A stretch of 64,000 nt of DNA, from the sequence record KU726251.1, one strand, 5' to 3'. The translations under genes were made by a program, and so were the position numbers. This document shows, piece after piece, positions 34,379-43,007 of this stretch. Below the pieces are notes generated by a model. It was not told the DNA's origin and searched no databases. It saw only the letters and a program-made list of their open reading frames with translations. Position 1 is the first letter of the stretch. Each line of letters begins with the position of its first letter.

Positions 34379-35197
34379 GTGATAAGACCAATTTTAAAAT
34401 GGATGGGTGGTAAGAGTCGCGTACTTCCCGAGCTGCTACAGGTGCTTCCAGATGCTGAGTATTTCGTTGAACCGTTTGTGGGTGCAGGGTCAGTGTTTTT
34501 AAACACTAAATACCCGAACTATATTCTCGGCGACACGAACCCAGACTTAATCGAGTTACTGACCATGGCGCGCGATCGTCCGGAAGCGCTGATTCTGGAA
34601 GCAAAGGCGCTCTTTGCAAATGGGACGGACCGCGGTCTGTACATGAAACGACGCGAGGAATTTAACAGCGAAGCAACCACGGGGAAACCTAATCTCCAGC
34701 GCGCCGCGATGTTCCTGTATCTTACACGTCATGGTTACAATGGTTTGTGCAGATACAATCAGTCGGGTGGGTTTAACGTGCCTTATGGTCAACACCCGAA
34801 CGGTGTCTATTTCCCTGAAGAGGAAATTCTGGCGTGGGCAAAACGTTGTTCGGAAACCAACGTCGAGCTGCTCTGCGCGGACTTCCGCGATATCCTAAAT
34901 AAATGCCCATCTAACGCTGTGATATACGCTGACCCGCCCTATATCCCTCTTTCGGATACGGCTAAACACGCGCAGTATCACAGCAAAGAATTTTCACAAG
35001 CTGACCACCGCGAGTTAGCGAAACTTTTAAAACAACAAGCTGCCGATGGCAATAAGGTCGTTCTGTCAAACGCAGATACGTTACTCACACGCGATATTTA
35101 TTACGGCTTTACTTGGCGCGAAGTTCAGGTAGGTCGATATATGTCTGCGGATGCGAATAAGCGTAAAGCGGTGACGGAGCTAATCGGCACCTTATAA
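34379..35197 (+). CDS. dam: Dam-like N6-adenine DNA methyltransferase
   Basis: LKWMGGKSR, EPFVGAGSV, RHGYNGLCRYN..G.FNVPYG, YADPPY; closely EcoDam-like. Confidence 0.92.
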   Translation: MIRPILKWMGGKSRVLPELLQVLPDAEYFVEPFVGAGSVFLNTKYPNYILGDTNPDLIELLTMARDRPEALILEAKALFANGTDRGLYMKRREEFNSEATTGKPNLQRAAMFLYLTRHGYNGLCRYNQSGGFNVPYGQHPNGVYFPEEEILAWAKRCSETNVELLCADFRDILNKCPSNAVIYADPPYIPLSDTAKHAQYHSKEFSQADHRELAKLLKQQAADGNKVVLSNADTLLTRDIYYGFTWREVQVGRYMSADANKRKAVTELIGTL

Positions 35198-35206
35198 GGT
35201 ACCAAC

Positions 35207-36010
35207 ATGCAACTATTTAATCTATACGGTATGGACAAAAACGACCTGACCGTAGAGTTTAGTGGTCGACTGACCACCTTGGGGCAACTCCGTGAACGGA
35301 TTCAAGATTTGCGACCCGTCGCAGACCAAGAAGACGATCATTGGTTAGTGTTGAGTAATAGCGGTCGTGCGCAAATGTATTTTCGTGGATGTCGTTCAGG
35401 TATTGTTTACTACATCTACGAGCTGCACGTGCTCTCCGAGCCCCTGTTCCACGAGTGGAAGCGTTTGACGCGACTCCTGGAAGTGCAGATGCTTGATATT
35501 ACCTGTTTCCCGCACGACACCGAACACGCAGCATTATACCAGCGTCTGGGGTTCGAAGCTGTAACGAAACGTGTGGAGATTACTGTTAGTCCGAAATACG
35601 GCTTTACGTCAGACCCATCAGTTGTCCCGTTGGAGACATTGTCATTAGAACAAACCCAAGATGTTTGCTATCTGATGCGACCTACGCTAAAAGACGCAGG
35701 AACGCGAGAGATGTTGGGCGAGTTAGCAAATGGTTTTGTTTCCGCGTTTGTAGGGTTACACGGCCAGAAGCCGTTTTCGTTAATGCTTTATAAGGAGTTC
35801 CCGAAGAGCATCGTTACTGAGCAATTCTGCTGCCAAACTTTTGACCCGGTTGCTTACTCGGTAGAGTTTCTAAAACACTACCACGCCATTTTGCATTTGG
35901 CGGGACAGAAAGGTAAGAAGGTCAACATGGGTGTTGCGATAGAGCACGAGTTTCCTTCTATCGAAGGGTTAGAGTATCGTGTAATCACGCACCACTACAC
36001 CCTTGCGTAA
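35207..36010 (+). CDS. Degenerate double-GNAT-like protein (267 aa)
   Basis: AALYQRLGFEAV ends the first half; the second half has matching length and spacing; no canonical R/QxxGxG. Confidence 0.5.
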   Translation: MQLFNLYGMDKNDLTVEFSGRLTTLGQLRERIQDLRPVADQEDDHWLVLSNSGRAQMYFRGCRSGIVYYIYELHVLSEPLFHEWKRLTRLLEVQMLDITCFPHDTEHAALYQRLGFEAVTKRVEITVSPKYGFTSDPSVVPLETLSLEQTQDVCYLMRPTLKDAGTREMLGELANGFVSAFVGLHGQKPFSLMLYKEFPKSIVTEQFCCQTFDPVAYSVEFLKHYHAILHLAGQKGKKVNMGVAIEHEFPSIEGLEYRVITHHYTLA

Positions 36011-36019
36011 GGAGAGAAT

Positions 36020-36832
36020 ATGCTGAGAGTTATCGAACGCACGGAGAGGATTCTGGACCGAACGTGGTTGGAAGACCGTAAGGCGTTATCGTTGTTAAAT
36101 GATATCGATCCTTCCACGTTACAAGATGAACGTCGTCTTTACTACCGAATCTTTGAAGTATTCAGTCGGGACACAGTTGCGCCTGACGCGATCGTGCTCT
36201 GTCTGGACCACGGATACATGTTAGAAGTTATCAATATGGTTCGTGCTTTAGACGCCCAGTTAACCTCGCTTGCGGATGCTTTACTCCGCTCAGCGGGGTG
36301 TAACTACGCGATGCATTTTACTCGTTCTGAAGGGGACGAATATGCTCGCATGGGCTTTTGTTGCGAAACGATAAACTACCGCAAAATTAATACATTGGTG
36401 CCTAGCCACGATGAGGATTTCTGTGGGGATGTCAGTTCGTTGTTCGATAGTAAGAAAGCGTTCTTGGATTGGGTTAGAATGCTTTACGGTAAAAGCTCTA
36501 TCTACTCAACGCTCGTTACGGGCGGGAGGATGATGTCGTGGCGGAACAGCGATAGTTACAAACTGACAGTGCTCACACATCGTGGACAACGCTGGGTTAT
36601 TGGTGGGTGGTTTACCGCAGAAGGGGTGGTTACTCTAGCTCGGGAGGAGTTCGGACTGTTGATGCACTGTGTCCAGTCCGAATTACCGGTGGGGGATGAA
36701 CTGATTTACACCTACCACCAATATACTGGGGGGCCTGCCGCAATGTGGTTATTAGAAAATGGTTGGCTGCCCGAAAGTTATGTGTACGGACGTACTCTGA
36801 AAACTAGTAATGGAGAAGATAATGCAAATTAA
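36020..36832 (+). CDS. Degenerate double-GNAT-like protein (270 aa)
   Basis: EYARMGFCCET and WLLENGWLPES at the ends of the two halves resemble GNAT C-terminal motifs. Confidence 0.45.
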   Translation: MLRVIERTERILDRTWLEDRKALSLLNDIDPSTLQDERRLYYRIFEVFSRDTVAPDAIVLCLDHGYMLEVINMVRALDAQLTSLADALLRSAGCNYAMHFTRSEGDEYARMGFCCETINYRKINTLVPSHDEDFCGDVSSLFDSKKAFLDWVRMLYGKSSIYSTLVTGGRMMSWRNSDSYKLTVLTHRGQRWVIGGWFTAEGVVTLAREEFGLLMHCVQSELPVGDELIYTYHQYTGGPAAMWLLENGWLPESYVYGRTLKTSNGEDNAN

Positions 36833-37100
36833 TCGTACAGTGTCGAAGTCTAAAGAAGTCGTTTACAACGTTGAAGACGGTGATGTAATGCAGTTTCGTG
36901 CCGTCATTGACGAACAGCACGTACTCCAAGTCGTTTATTCGAAAGAAGAAATGACTCGCGCACATAGCCGCGTGTTAGAAAAACTCGTTGCGAAAGCCAA
37001 ACAGCGCGACGGTATTAAATCCTACAACGTCATGTACGGTTATCAGCTACGTGAAGTGGAAGGGGAGTTGCTAATCACCCCTGTTCCGGTAACGGCGTAA
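36822..37100 (+). CDS. Hypothetical protein (92 aa)
   Basis: RBS GGAG before ATG 36822. Confidence 0.7.
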   Translation: MQINRTVSKSKEVVYNVEDGDVMQFRAVIDEQHVLQVVYSKEEMTRAHSRVLEKLVAKAKQRDGIKSYNVMYGYQLREVEGELLITPVPVTA

Positions 37101-37140
37101 TTCGCCATTGTATGACCCTTAAATACCGTTGAGGTTAACT

Positions 37141-37623
37141 ATGGATATGATCGAATTAGGTCAGCTCCCTCAGCACGATTTTGATTTAGGCGTGCGTCAT
37201 GAGGAAGGGGCCGACGCGAACACACTTATGGCCCGCTACTACGAGCTACTGACCGGTCAACCGTTGGACGATGAGTATATCAACCGTTTTGAAAAACTGT
37301 TGGCACAACTCATCACCTCTAACGCAGAACGCATTGGCATGTTAAACGAAATGAACTTTGCTGATGTGGAACCGTCTGACGCTCAGAAGATTCTTATCGA
37401 TGGTCCTGTGCCAAGCGATGAGGTACAAGACCTTCTGGCAGGTATCCGTGCAGGCTTCGATGAAGCTGCTGAGAAATACGCGGAAGAGCTGGCAGATGTC
37501 GATTTGGCTGCGCCGGTTGACCCGAATCCATCTGCAGAGGAGACTGCAGCTGCGAAATTGAAACTCGCACGCTTTATCTGTGCTGCTGTCTTGACAGACG
37601 ACCGTGAAGAAAACCAACTGTAA
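37141..37623 (+). CDS. Acidic hypothetical protein (160 aa)
   Basis: RBS GAGG; about 35 D/E vs 12 K/R by hand count. Confidence 0.75.
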   Translation: MDMIELGQLPQHDFDLGVRHEEGADANTLMARYYELLTGQPLDDEYINRFEKLLAQLITSNAERIGMLNEMNFADVEPSDAQKILIDGPVPSDEVQDLLAGIRAGFDEAAEKYAEELADVDLAAPVDPNPSAEETAAAKLKLARFICAAVLTDDREENQL

Positions 37624-37629
37624 GGCCCG

Positions 37630-37666
37630 CCTCCTTGCCCACGGGTGAGGAGGTCCCTTTTTATTT
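37630..37666 (+). terminator. Intrinsic terminator
   Basis: CCTCCTTGCCC/GGTGAGGAGG imperfect stem plus T-rich tail. Confidence 0.65.
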
Positions 37667-37687
37667 ACATCAGTCCACTAACTTATG
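37664..37687 (+). promoter_or_regulatory. Bipartite motif TTTAC-N15-TATG
   Basis: TTTAC 37664-68, TATG 37684-87. Confidence 0.6.
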
Positions 37688-37719
37688 TGAAACAACCCAC
37701 GTAATGAGGAATTAAGAGA

Positions 37720-38037
37720 ATGTGGTTAAGTGCTATTCATCGTGACCTGCCAAAACGTGAAGTGACTCTTTCTGTCGATGCGGAACCGATTACCGTTGGT
37801 GTCGCAAACTTCGACCGTATGGAAGAAGGACAGTATGTCGTGGTGGACAACGATGAAAACGAATTCATGTTATTCCATCCCGAAGTTGATGCGTCTGAAA
37901 TCCGCGAGGGTTCTATCTTGTTTTCTTGGCAAGACAAAGAAACTAAACAGTGGATGTGGTGCGTTGCTAACACAACCAATGAAAAAGGTACCGCGTATGC
38001 CCCAGGACAGCTTCATGTCGAACCTAAACCCCATTGA
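37720..38037 (+). CDS. Hypothetical protein (105 aa)
   Basis: RBS GAGGA. Confidence 0.7.
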   Translation: MWLSAIHRDLPKREVTLSVDAEPITVGVANFDRMEEGQYVVVDNDENEFMLFHPEVDASEIREGSILFSWQDKETKQWMWCVANTTNEKGTAYAPGQLHVEPKPH

Positions 38038-38329
38038 GCCCGCACTGACGCACCAGGAACTGCACGTCCGTTTTATTCGGGCGTTCACACCCCCGTTAGG
38101 TGGTGAGGTACACGATCGTTCCGTGGTTGCAGAAGTTAAAGGTATCGGCGAAGAACTAATGACACTGTCTAATATTGTGACGGGTGTTGAGTTCACGTTA
38201 CCGTTAAACGTATTTCGGTTTATTCCGCGCGTAAACGAAACGCTGCTCATCGACCGTGTACATCATCGGATTATGGCGCAGGTACATCCTAGCCGTAAAG
38301 AGTATGTGCGCTTAGAGATGATGGTCTAA
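38015..38329 (+). CDS. Hypothetical protein (104 aa)
   Basis: ATG 38015 in the frame of track ORF 37778. Confidence 0.6.
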   Translation: MSNLNPIEPALTHQELHVRFIRAFTPPLGGEVHDRSVVAEVKGIGEELMTLSNIVTGVEFTLPLNVFRFIPRVNETLLIDRVHHRIMAQVHPSRKEYVRLEMMV

Positions 38330-38338
38330 CGCACGACT

Positions 38339-38363
38339 TTTCAGATAGATGTTATTTTACTGA
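38339..38363 (+). promoter_or_regulatory. Early-type promoter E6
   Basis: TTTCAGATAGATGTTAT-ttta-CTGA. Confidence 0.65.
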
Positions 38364-38391
38364 ACCTAACTGTAAAGAAAGGAAAAAGTAG

Positions 38392-38697
38392 ATGGCTAAA
38401 CAATACACAATTGTTAAACGCGCAGGTACGACTCTGCTGTACGTGGAGAAAGGTTGTGAGAACACTGCAACCGCCAAGAAACTGAACCTGCAAGGGTTTC
38501 TGTATCAAGGTCTCCGCGCGGGTTTGACCATCACTTTCAAAGGCTTACCACAGGCGAAGAATCTGCGCGTCGTACGTGCAGACGGTGTAGAACGTGCCTT
38601 GGTAGCCGACACCCCGGTTGATACTATCCCTGCCAGTAAGAAGGCAGCGAAAGCAACCAAGAAAGTCGTCGATAAACGCAAACGCGCTGTCGCTTAA
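38392..38697 (+). CDS. Basic small protein with Lys/Ala-rich tail (101 aa)
   Basis: Single-gene unit from E6 to a terminator; ends KKAAKATKKVVDKRKRAVA. Confidence 0.8.
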   Translation: MAKQYTIVKRAGTTLLYVEKGCENTATAKKLNLQGFLYQGLRAGLTITFKGLPQAKNLRVVRADGVERALVADTPVDTIPASKKAAKATKKVVDKRKRAVA

Positions 38698-38703
38698 GTA
38701 GTC

Positions 38704-38743
38704 CCCTACCTAACTTCGGTTAGGTAGGGCTCTTTTTATTTTT
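38704..38743 (+). terminator. Intrinsic terminator
   Basis: CCCTACCTAAC-ttcg-GTTAGGTAGGG plus T tract. Confidence 0.85.
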
Positions 38744-38763
38744 AACCCTCTGGGGGATATACC

Positions 38764-39216
38764 ATGTTTCAATGTTCAGTCGTCAATGATGCGGAATTGG
38801 CCGTGTACAAGCAGCGCACAATCCGGGCGCTGGATGCTGAAAAACCAGTCGATGTTAAAACGCGTGCAATCATTAGGGCATTTAGCGAATGGCCGAATAT
38901 CGCAACCGTTTGGGCATTCACGGGAGAAGTTCGCAAAGACGGAGACAAGCTTCGTACACGTAGACACCACAGCTTAACATTTGTGGCAACCGAGGCGGGT
39001 CTTAAAGACATTAATCATTTATTAGAAGGATGGCAGCCGCACGAATACGGGAAACGTTTTCAGTTAAACTTTACTTGGCTGCGTCAAGAAGGCAACGCGA
39101 ATCTCTGTTATCCAAGCTGGACGTTTAGACTCAACTATCGACCTGACCCAGATGTGATGGAAAGAGTGATGGAGCACTGGCTCGCACTCGCAATTTTTAC
39201 AGAACATAACCATTAA
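38764..39216 (+). CDS. Hypothetical protein (150 aa), paralogue of the next gene
   Basis: WPNIATVWAFTG aligns with YPGATTMWSCHG. Confidence 0.7.
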   Translation: MFQCSVVNDAELAVYKQRTIRALDAEKPVDVKTRAIIRAFSEWPNIATVWAFTGEVRKDGDKLRTRRHHSLTFVATEAGLKDINHLLEGWQPHEYGKRFQLNFTWLRQEGNANLCYPSWTFRLNYRPDPDVMERVMEHWLALAIFTEHNH

Positions 39217-39244
39217 ATGAAGACACCCTTAAGGAGAATTAAAG

Positions 39245-39715
39245 ATGCCAGTTTTATACGGTGGCGTGGATCTGAAAGTTTTGGATCGGTTTAAACTACG
39301 GGCATCCGAAGCGCTCGTAAACGGTTGGGTCGAGCGTGGGGTACGGGATGCGTGTGAAGTTATTTGCCGTTACCCCGGCGCGACGACAATGTGGTCATGT
39401 CATGGACACGGACCATATTCTAAAAAGAACTCGCCAGGGGAGTTCCATGTAGTGTTTGTTCTTGGTGTTGGCTTTGAGCACAAAGCGCATGAGCTAGTTG
39501 CTGAGTTAATGAAAGCGGATATTCCACCATTGTGGGATTTATCCATGGCGAGACTCATGTACCCTGATGATGATTTCGTTTATGACCTCAGCGAAATCAC
39601 CCTGAAAAACACGTATAACGCGTGGAAGATAACGTATCGTTATCTGCACACCGAACAATCCCTTCGTGAAATTCGTAAAGTATTCCACACAGTTTGCAAA
39701 AAGGTTTTTAACTAA
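39245..39715 (+). CDS. Hypothetical protein (156 aa) with T-x-W-S-C-x-G-H motif
   Basis: RBS TAAGGAG; motif resembles TYW3-like phage proteins. Confidence 0.65.
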   Translation: MPVLYGGVDLKVLDRFKLRASEALVNGWVERGVRDACEVICRYPGATTMWSCHGHGPYSKKNSPGEFHVVFVLGVGFEHKAHELVAELMKADIPPLWDLSMARLMYPDDDFVYDLSEITLKNTYNAWKITYRYLHTEQSLREIRKVFHTVCKKVFN

Positions 39716-40413
39716 TGGCTAAGCAAAAGAAACCCCGTAACAAAAAGTATAACCCGAAAGTTGCCACAGAACGTACGGCACACACCGTCGCTGAAAACGC
39801 TCTGAATCGTATCACGTTTATCGGCAGTTCGATTCGTCGCCTCGGGCCGTACGCGGGCCGTGGTTTTCACTTTACGGCAAGTCCTCGTATTCGTGCCATC
39901 GCCACAGATATGTTAGTCGGTGGGCTGTTCGACCAACCGCGACCATGGCATCTTTGGGTGATGCACCTCACTGAACTCGACACCGGTGAAATTGTAACAG
40001 AAACCGCAGTTGCCACACTTGACGATTATACTTTGGCGGACTTCTGTGAACACGCTGAGGAGTTAGTTAAATCGTTACGTCCTGAACAGGAAGAGGGGAA
40101 GTATTTCGGTTATGCGTTTGTGGCTGCACCGAACGAGCGGTACGACTTCAAAGCGGAAGAAGACCAGCTCATTGAAAACTTCATGCATTCTGGACTACTT
40201 GATACGTCGTTACATCTGTCGGAAGAACAACAGTTCGTTAGTCGTGCAGATATGGCAAAGTTACTTGTTGGTTATACTCGGAAGTTTGACGTGACCGTTG
40301 AACATGTCAAAGAAGTACCAGAGATTGTGAGCAAGAAAGACGAGGTGGTGCTTCCGGTTGACGAGGTCGTCGGTAAAGTAGCGACTGCGATAGGGGCAAC
40401 AGGGGATTACTGA
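39715..40413 (+). CDS. Hypothetical protein (232 aa), basic N-terminus
   Basis: TAATG coupling; MAKQKKPRNKKYNPK. Confidence 0.75.
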   Translation: MAKQKKPRNKKYNPKVATERTAHTVAENALNRITFIGSSIRRLGPYAGRGFHFTASPRIRAIATDMLVGGLFDQPRPWHLWVMHLTELDTGEIVTETAVATLDDYTLADFCEHAEELVKSLRPEQEEGKYFGYAFVAAPNERYDFKAEEDQLIENFMHSGLLDTSLHLSEEQQFVSRADMAKLLVGYTRKFDVTVEHVKEVPEIVSKKDEVVLPVDEVVGKVATAIGATGDY

Positions 40414-40622
40414 TGAATCTACGTTGGCCGATCGCAGCTGCTGTGTTGTTCTGTATTTATATCGCCGTCAGTACCAGTACCCGCACTGCAGAACGTCGAG
40501 AGACCGCAACCAGCACGTTCAGAATGTGTATTGATCGAGTAGACCCGAACAATAGCACTTATCCTGACGCTGTGAACGCGTGTCGCAAAGCGGTTGCTGA
40601 GATATTGAAAGAGGAAAAATAA
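40413..40622 (+). CDS. Small membrane-anchored protein (69 aa)
   Basis: N-terminal hydrophobic helix, C-terminal Cys pair. Confidence 0.7.
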   Translation: MNLRWPIAAAVLFCIYIAVSTSTRTAERRETATSTFRMCIDRVDPNNSTYPDAVNACRKAVAEILKEEK

Positions 40623-40712
40623 TGGAAAACCTCACGCCGATTGAGATAGTGGCGCTATTAACCCTAGGTTACATGGATTTGATTTTAACCCCATTAATTA
40701 TCGAGTGAATAA

Positions 40713-41198
40713 ATGAAACTACAAACCGAGGTTAAGGAAATACCCGCACAAACCGTGGCATCCGCGAGTGGACTGATACTGTCTATACCGTGCGACGAAT
40801 TTAAAGACTCGGCCCGTCCCGACGAAACGATATCGTTAGCATTACGTCGCGGACACGTTTTCTGTGAATTCGACGCGCCTGTGATTAAACCGTGTCAGTC
40901 GTTCGGGGAAGTAAAGGCCGCCATTGATCGGATACGTTGTATTGAACTCGTACGCGTTTGCGGTTATGTATCGAACGTCTGCTATGGCGTTGTCGATGGT
41001 TACTTTCAACTCCGCGGTGAATTCACACCACACGGCCCACTCAAAGCGTTAGCGATTGAAGTGATGCGTGCAGGCACCATCACGATTTCTCCACGTATAG
41101 AACTCGATGGATATGGGAAGATTGTTTGCATCCCATCTTTCGATGTTGTGGCAGAAGAAACCCCACGTTATCAATTTCTACATACGGTGAAACAATGA
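40713..41198 (+). CDS. Degenerate prohead-protease-like (T4 gp21/S80-type) protein (161 aa)
   Basis: GHVFCEFDAP...RIRCIELVRVCG...GEFTPHGP...ISPR parallels GELxHP...IxxxRVSH...GxxxPxGP...SSR. Confidence 0.45.
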   Translation: MKLQTEVKEIPAQTVASASGLILSIPCDEFKDSARPDETISLALRRGHVFCEFDAPVIKPCQSFGEVKAAIDRIRCIELVRVCGYVSNVCYGVVDGYFQLRGEFTPHGPLKALAIEVMRAGTITISPRIELDGYGKIVCIPSFDVVAEETPRYQFLHTVKQ

Positions 41199-42203
41199 CA
41201 AAGCTTGTTTCGTTTTCAGCAGGGTTGGATTCCACCTGGATAATGTATCAGCTGTTGTGCAAAGCACCGGCCAATGAAGCGCGACATGATCGCCTGACGA
41301 GATTGTGACATGTGGAATGGAGGTAACGCGAACTTCATGGAAATTCTTTGTAGTGTGGCCATTGTTGAACGGTTAATGGACAGATACCACGCACAAACCG
41401 ATCGTGTTACATGGGCGGTGCTCGGGGAAGAGAACTTTCCGCCTGTCGTTAGCGCCGGCTACGCTAACGGCTGGTCGCCTCTGGTTCAGCAAGGCAATGT
41501 TGTTAACGGTCTCGCTAAACTGATGTGCGACATTACACGCAAACAGCACCACGCCTATGCAGTTGTTGGCTGGAATAAGCTAGATGCGTTGGAGAATAGT
41601 CTAGAGCTGGGAGATTGGACATTAGACGAGTACGCTCGCTTAAAGAACCTTTATAGCGAACTAATGTATTTCCAAGATCATGCCGGCCGCGTTCCACCGC
41701 TTCTAACACCTGCGTGGGATAAAGAGAAACTGGAAATGTGGCAGGAGTTGCCGGAAGACATTCGTAGATTGGTGCAGGTCAGTAACTACAACAACTACGA
41801 ATTCGCGATAGACCGTGAGAATAACATGCTCATCGTTTATGCCCATCCGTCGGCAAAGTCGCAGAATTATCGTAGTCTTGGTATTACACCGTCTGTGGGA
41901 TGGGAGATTAAAATCAACGATGCTTACAGACGGGTATGGTGCTCTGCTCTTGGTGGTGCTATTTCTGCTATGGGTTTGGACGTACCGACTTTTGCTAACT
42001 TTAAGGACCCGAAAAGAAATCACACAACCTTTACGGTAACTGAAGATACTGAAAGACTATTTATCACGTCATTTACAGCAGAAGAGTGGTGCGAATATGC
42101 ACCGCATTTTAAAGCGCTTCAGGAGAAAGAAAAAGAGAGAGCGAAAAATGCCAAAGCAAGTAAAGCTGTGGACGCTCCAACTGGCGAAGTGGCGGATAGC
42201 TGA
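41195..42203 (+). CDS. PP-loop (QueC-like) adenylating enzyme, frame broken at about 41290-41310
   Basis: N-terminal LVSFSAGLDST (SGGxDS-type PP loop); downstream ORF has VGWNKLD and LLTPAWDKEKLEM, like QueC-family TPL..K.E. Confidence 0.6.
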
Positions 42204-42531
42204 AAAACGGAATTTGCCAAAGCTGGATATAACAGTTAAGTCGGGGCTGAAATATTTGGCACCCGACTGGGACTTTCTGATGGACTACAAGAAGTCTGAC
42301 AAAGGCCCCGACGCAGAAGCTGCGTATACCAAACGCTACCTGCAGAAACTTAGTCGGTTGTTTGATGAAGACACTGATAAGTTGATAGAGATTCTCCGCC
42401 AGGGCGAGGTCGTACTAATGTGCTATTGCCCACCGGGGAAATTCTGTCATCGCCACTTGCTAGTTTCTTACCTTATTGAAATCGGTGAGTGGTTCGGTTA
42501 TGAAGTAATTTACATGGGCGAGTTATCGTAA
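42148..42531 (+). CDS. DUF488/YeaO-like protein (127 aa)
   Basis: LAPDW...YTKRY...VVLMCYCPPGKFCHRHLL. Confidence 0.7.
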   Translation: MPKQVKLWTLQLAKWRIAEKRNLPKLDITVKSGLKYLAPDWDFLMDYKKSDKGPDAEAAYTKRYLQKLSRLFDEDTDKLIEILRQGEVVLMCYCPPGKFCHRHLLVSYLIEIGEWFGYEVIYMGELS

Positions 42532-42542
42532 GGAGAGTCATC

Positions 42543-42938
42543 GTGAAATTGATTATGCCTAAAACCGTTCCCAATCAGGATATGGTTACGACTACACTGT
42601 TTTCTGAATCATTACGTAACTCTGTACGTCAGACCGCTTCACGTCTAGACGTGGCAGTTGAAGAACTCGACCCAGAAGTCTTCATGAAGTATGCGTTTAT
42701 TGCAGAAGGTTACGCGATCGCCCTGAGTTATGCGCGGTATGTCGATGACGTGACAGAAGCTAAACGTTATTTAGAAGGCTGTTGTCAAGTTTTCCGTGAA
42801 GAAATCACCGAGATGGAGATGGTTGACCGTGGCTTACCTGAATTTGTAAAGGTGGGTTACGATAAGCTGTTGCAATCCATCGCGGATGAGATCAAACGTC
42901 GCGGGTTAACTGTGGTGCACAGCGCTACACTACACTAA
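42543..42938 (+). CDS. Hypothetical helical protein (131 aa)
   Basis: RBS TAAGGAG. Confidence 0.7.
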   Translation: MKLIMPKTVPNQDMVTTTLFSESLRNSVRQTASRLDVAVEELDPEVFMKYAFIAEGYAIALSYARYVDDVTEAKRYLEGCCQVFREEITEMEMVDRGLPEFVKVGYDKLLQSIADEIKRRGLTVVHSATLH

Positions 42939-42952
42939 CGGCGTACGAGTAG

Positions 42953-42991
42953 GCTACCACACGATCATATGTGTGGTAGCTTATTTTTTTT
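42953..42991 (+). terminator. Intrinsic terminator
   Basis: GCTACCACAC/GTGTGGTAGC plus T tract. Confidence 0.8.
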
Positions 42992-43007
42992 GTTTCTGGA
43001 GGCGTTA

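Noticed and set aside
40622-40708. 28 aa ORF MENLTPIEIVALLTLGYMDLILTPLIIE
   Set aside because: It has an RBS and could be real or a frameshifted start of 40713, but it is too short to support either.
41195-42203. Complete 7-deazaguanine DNA modification cluster
   Set aside because: Only a divergent QueC-like gene is present; no folE, queD, queE or dpdA in the window.
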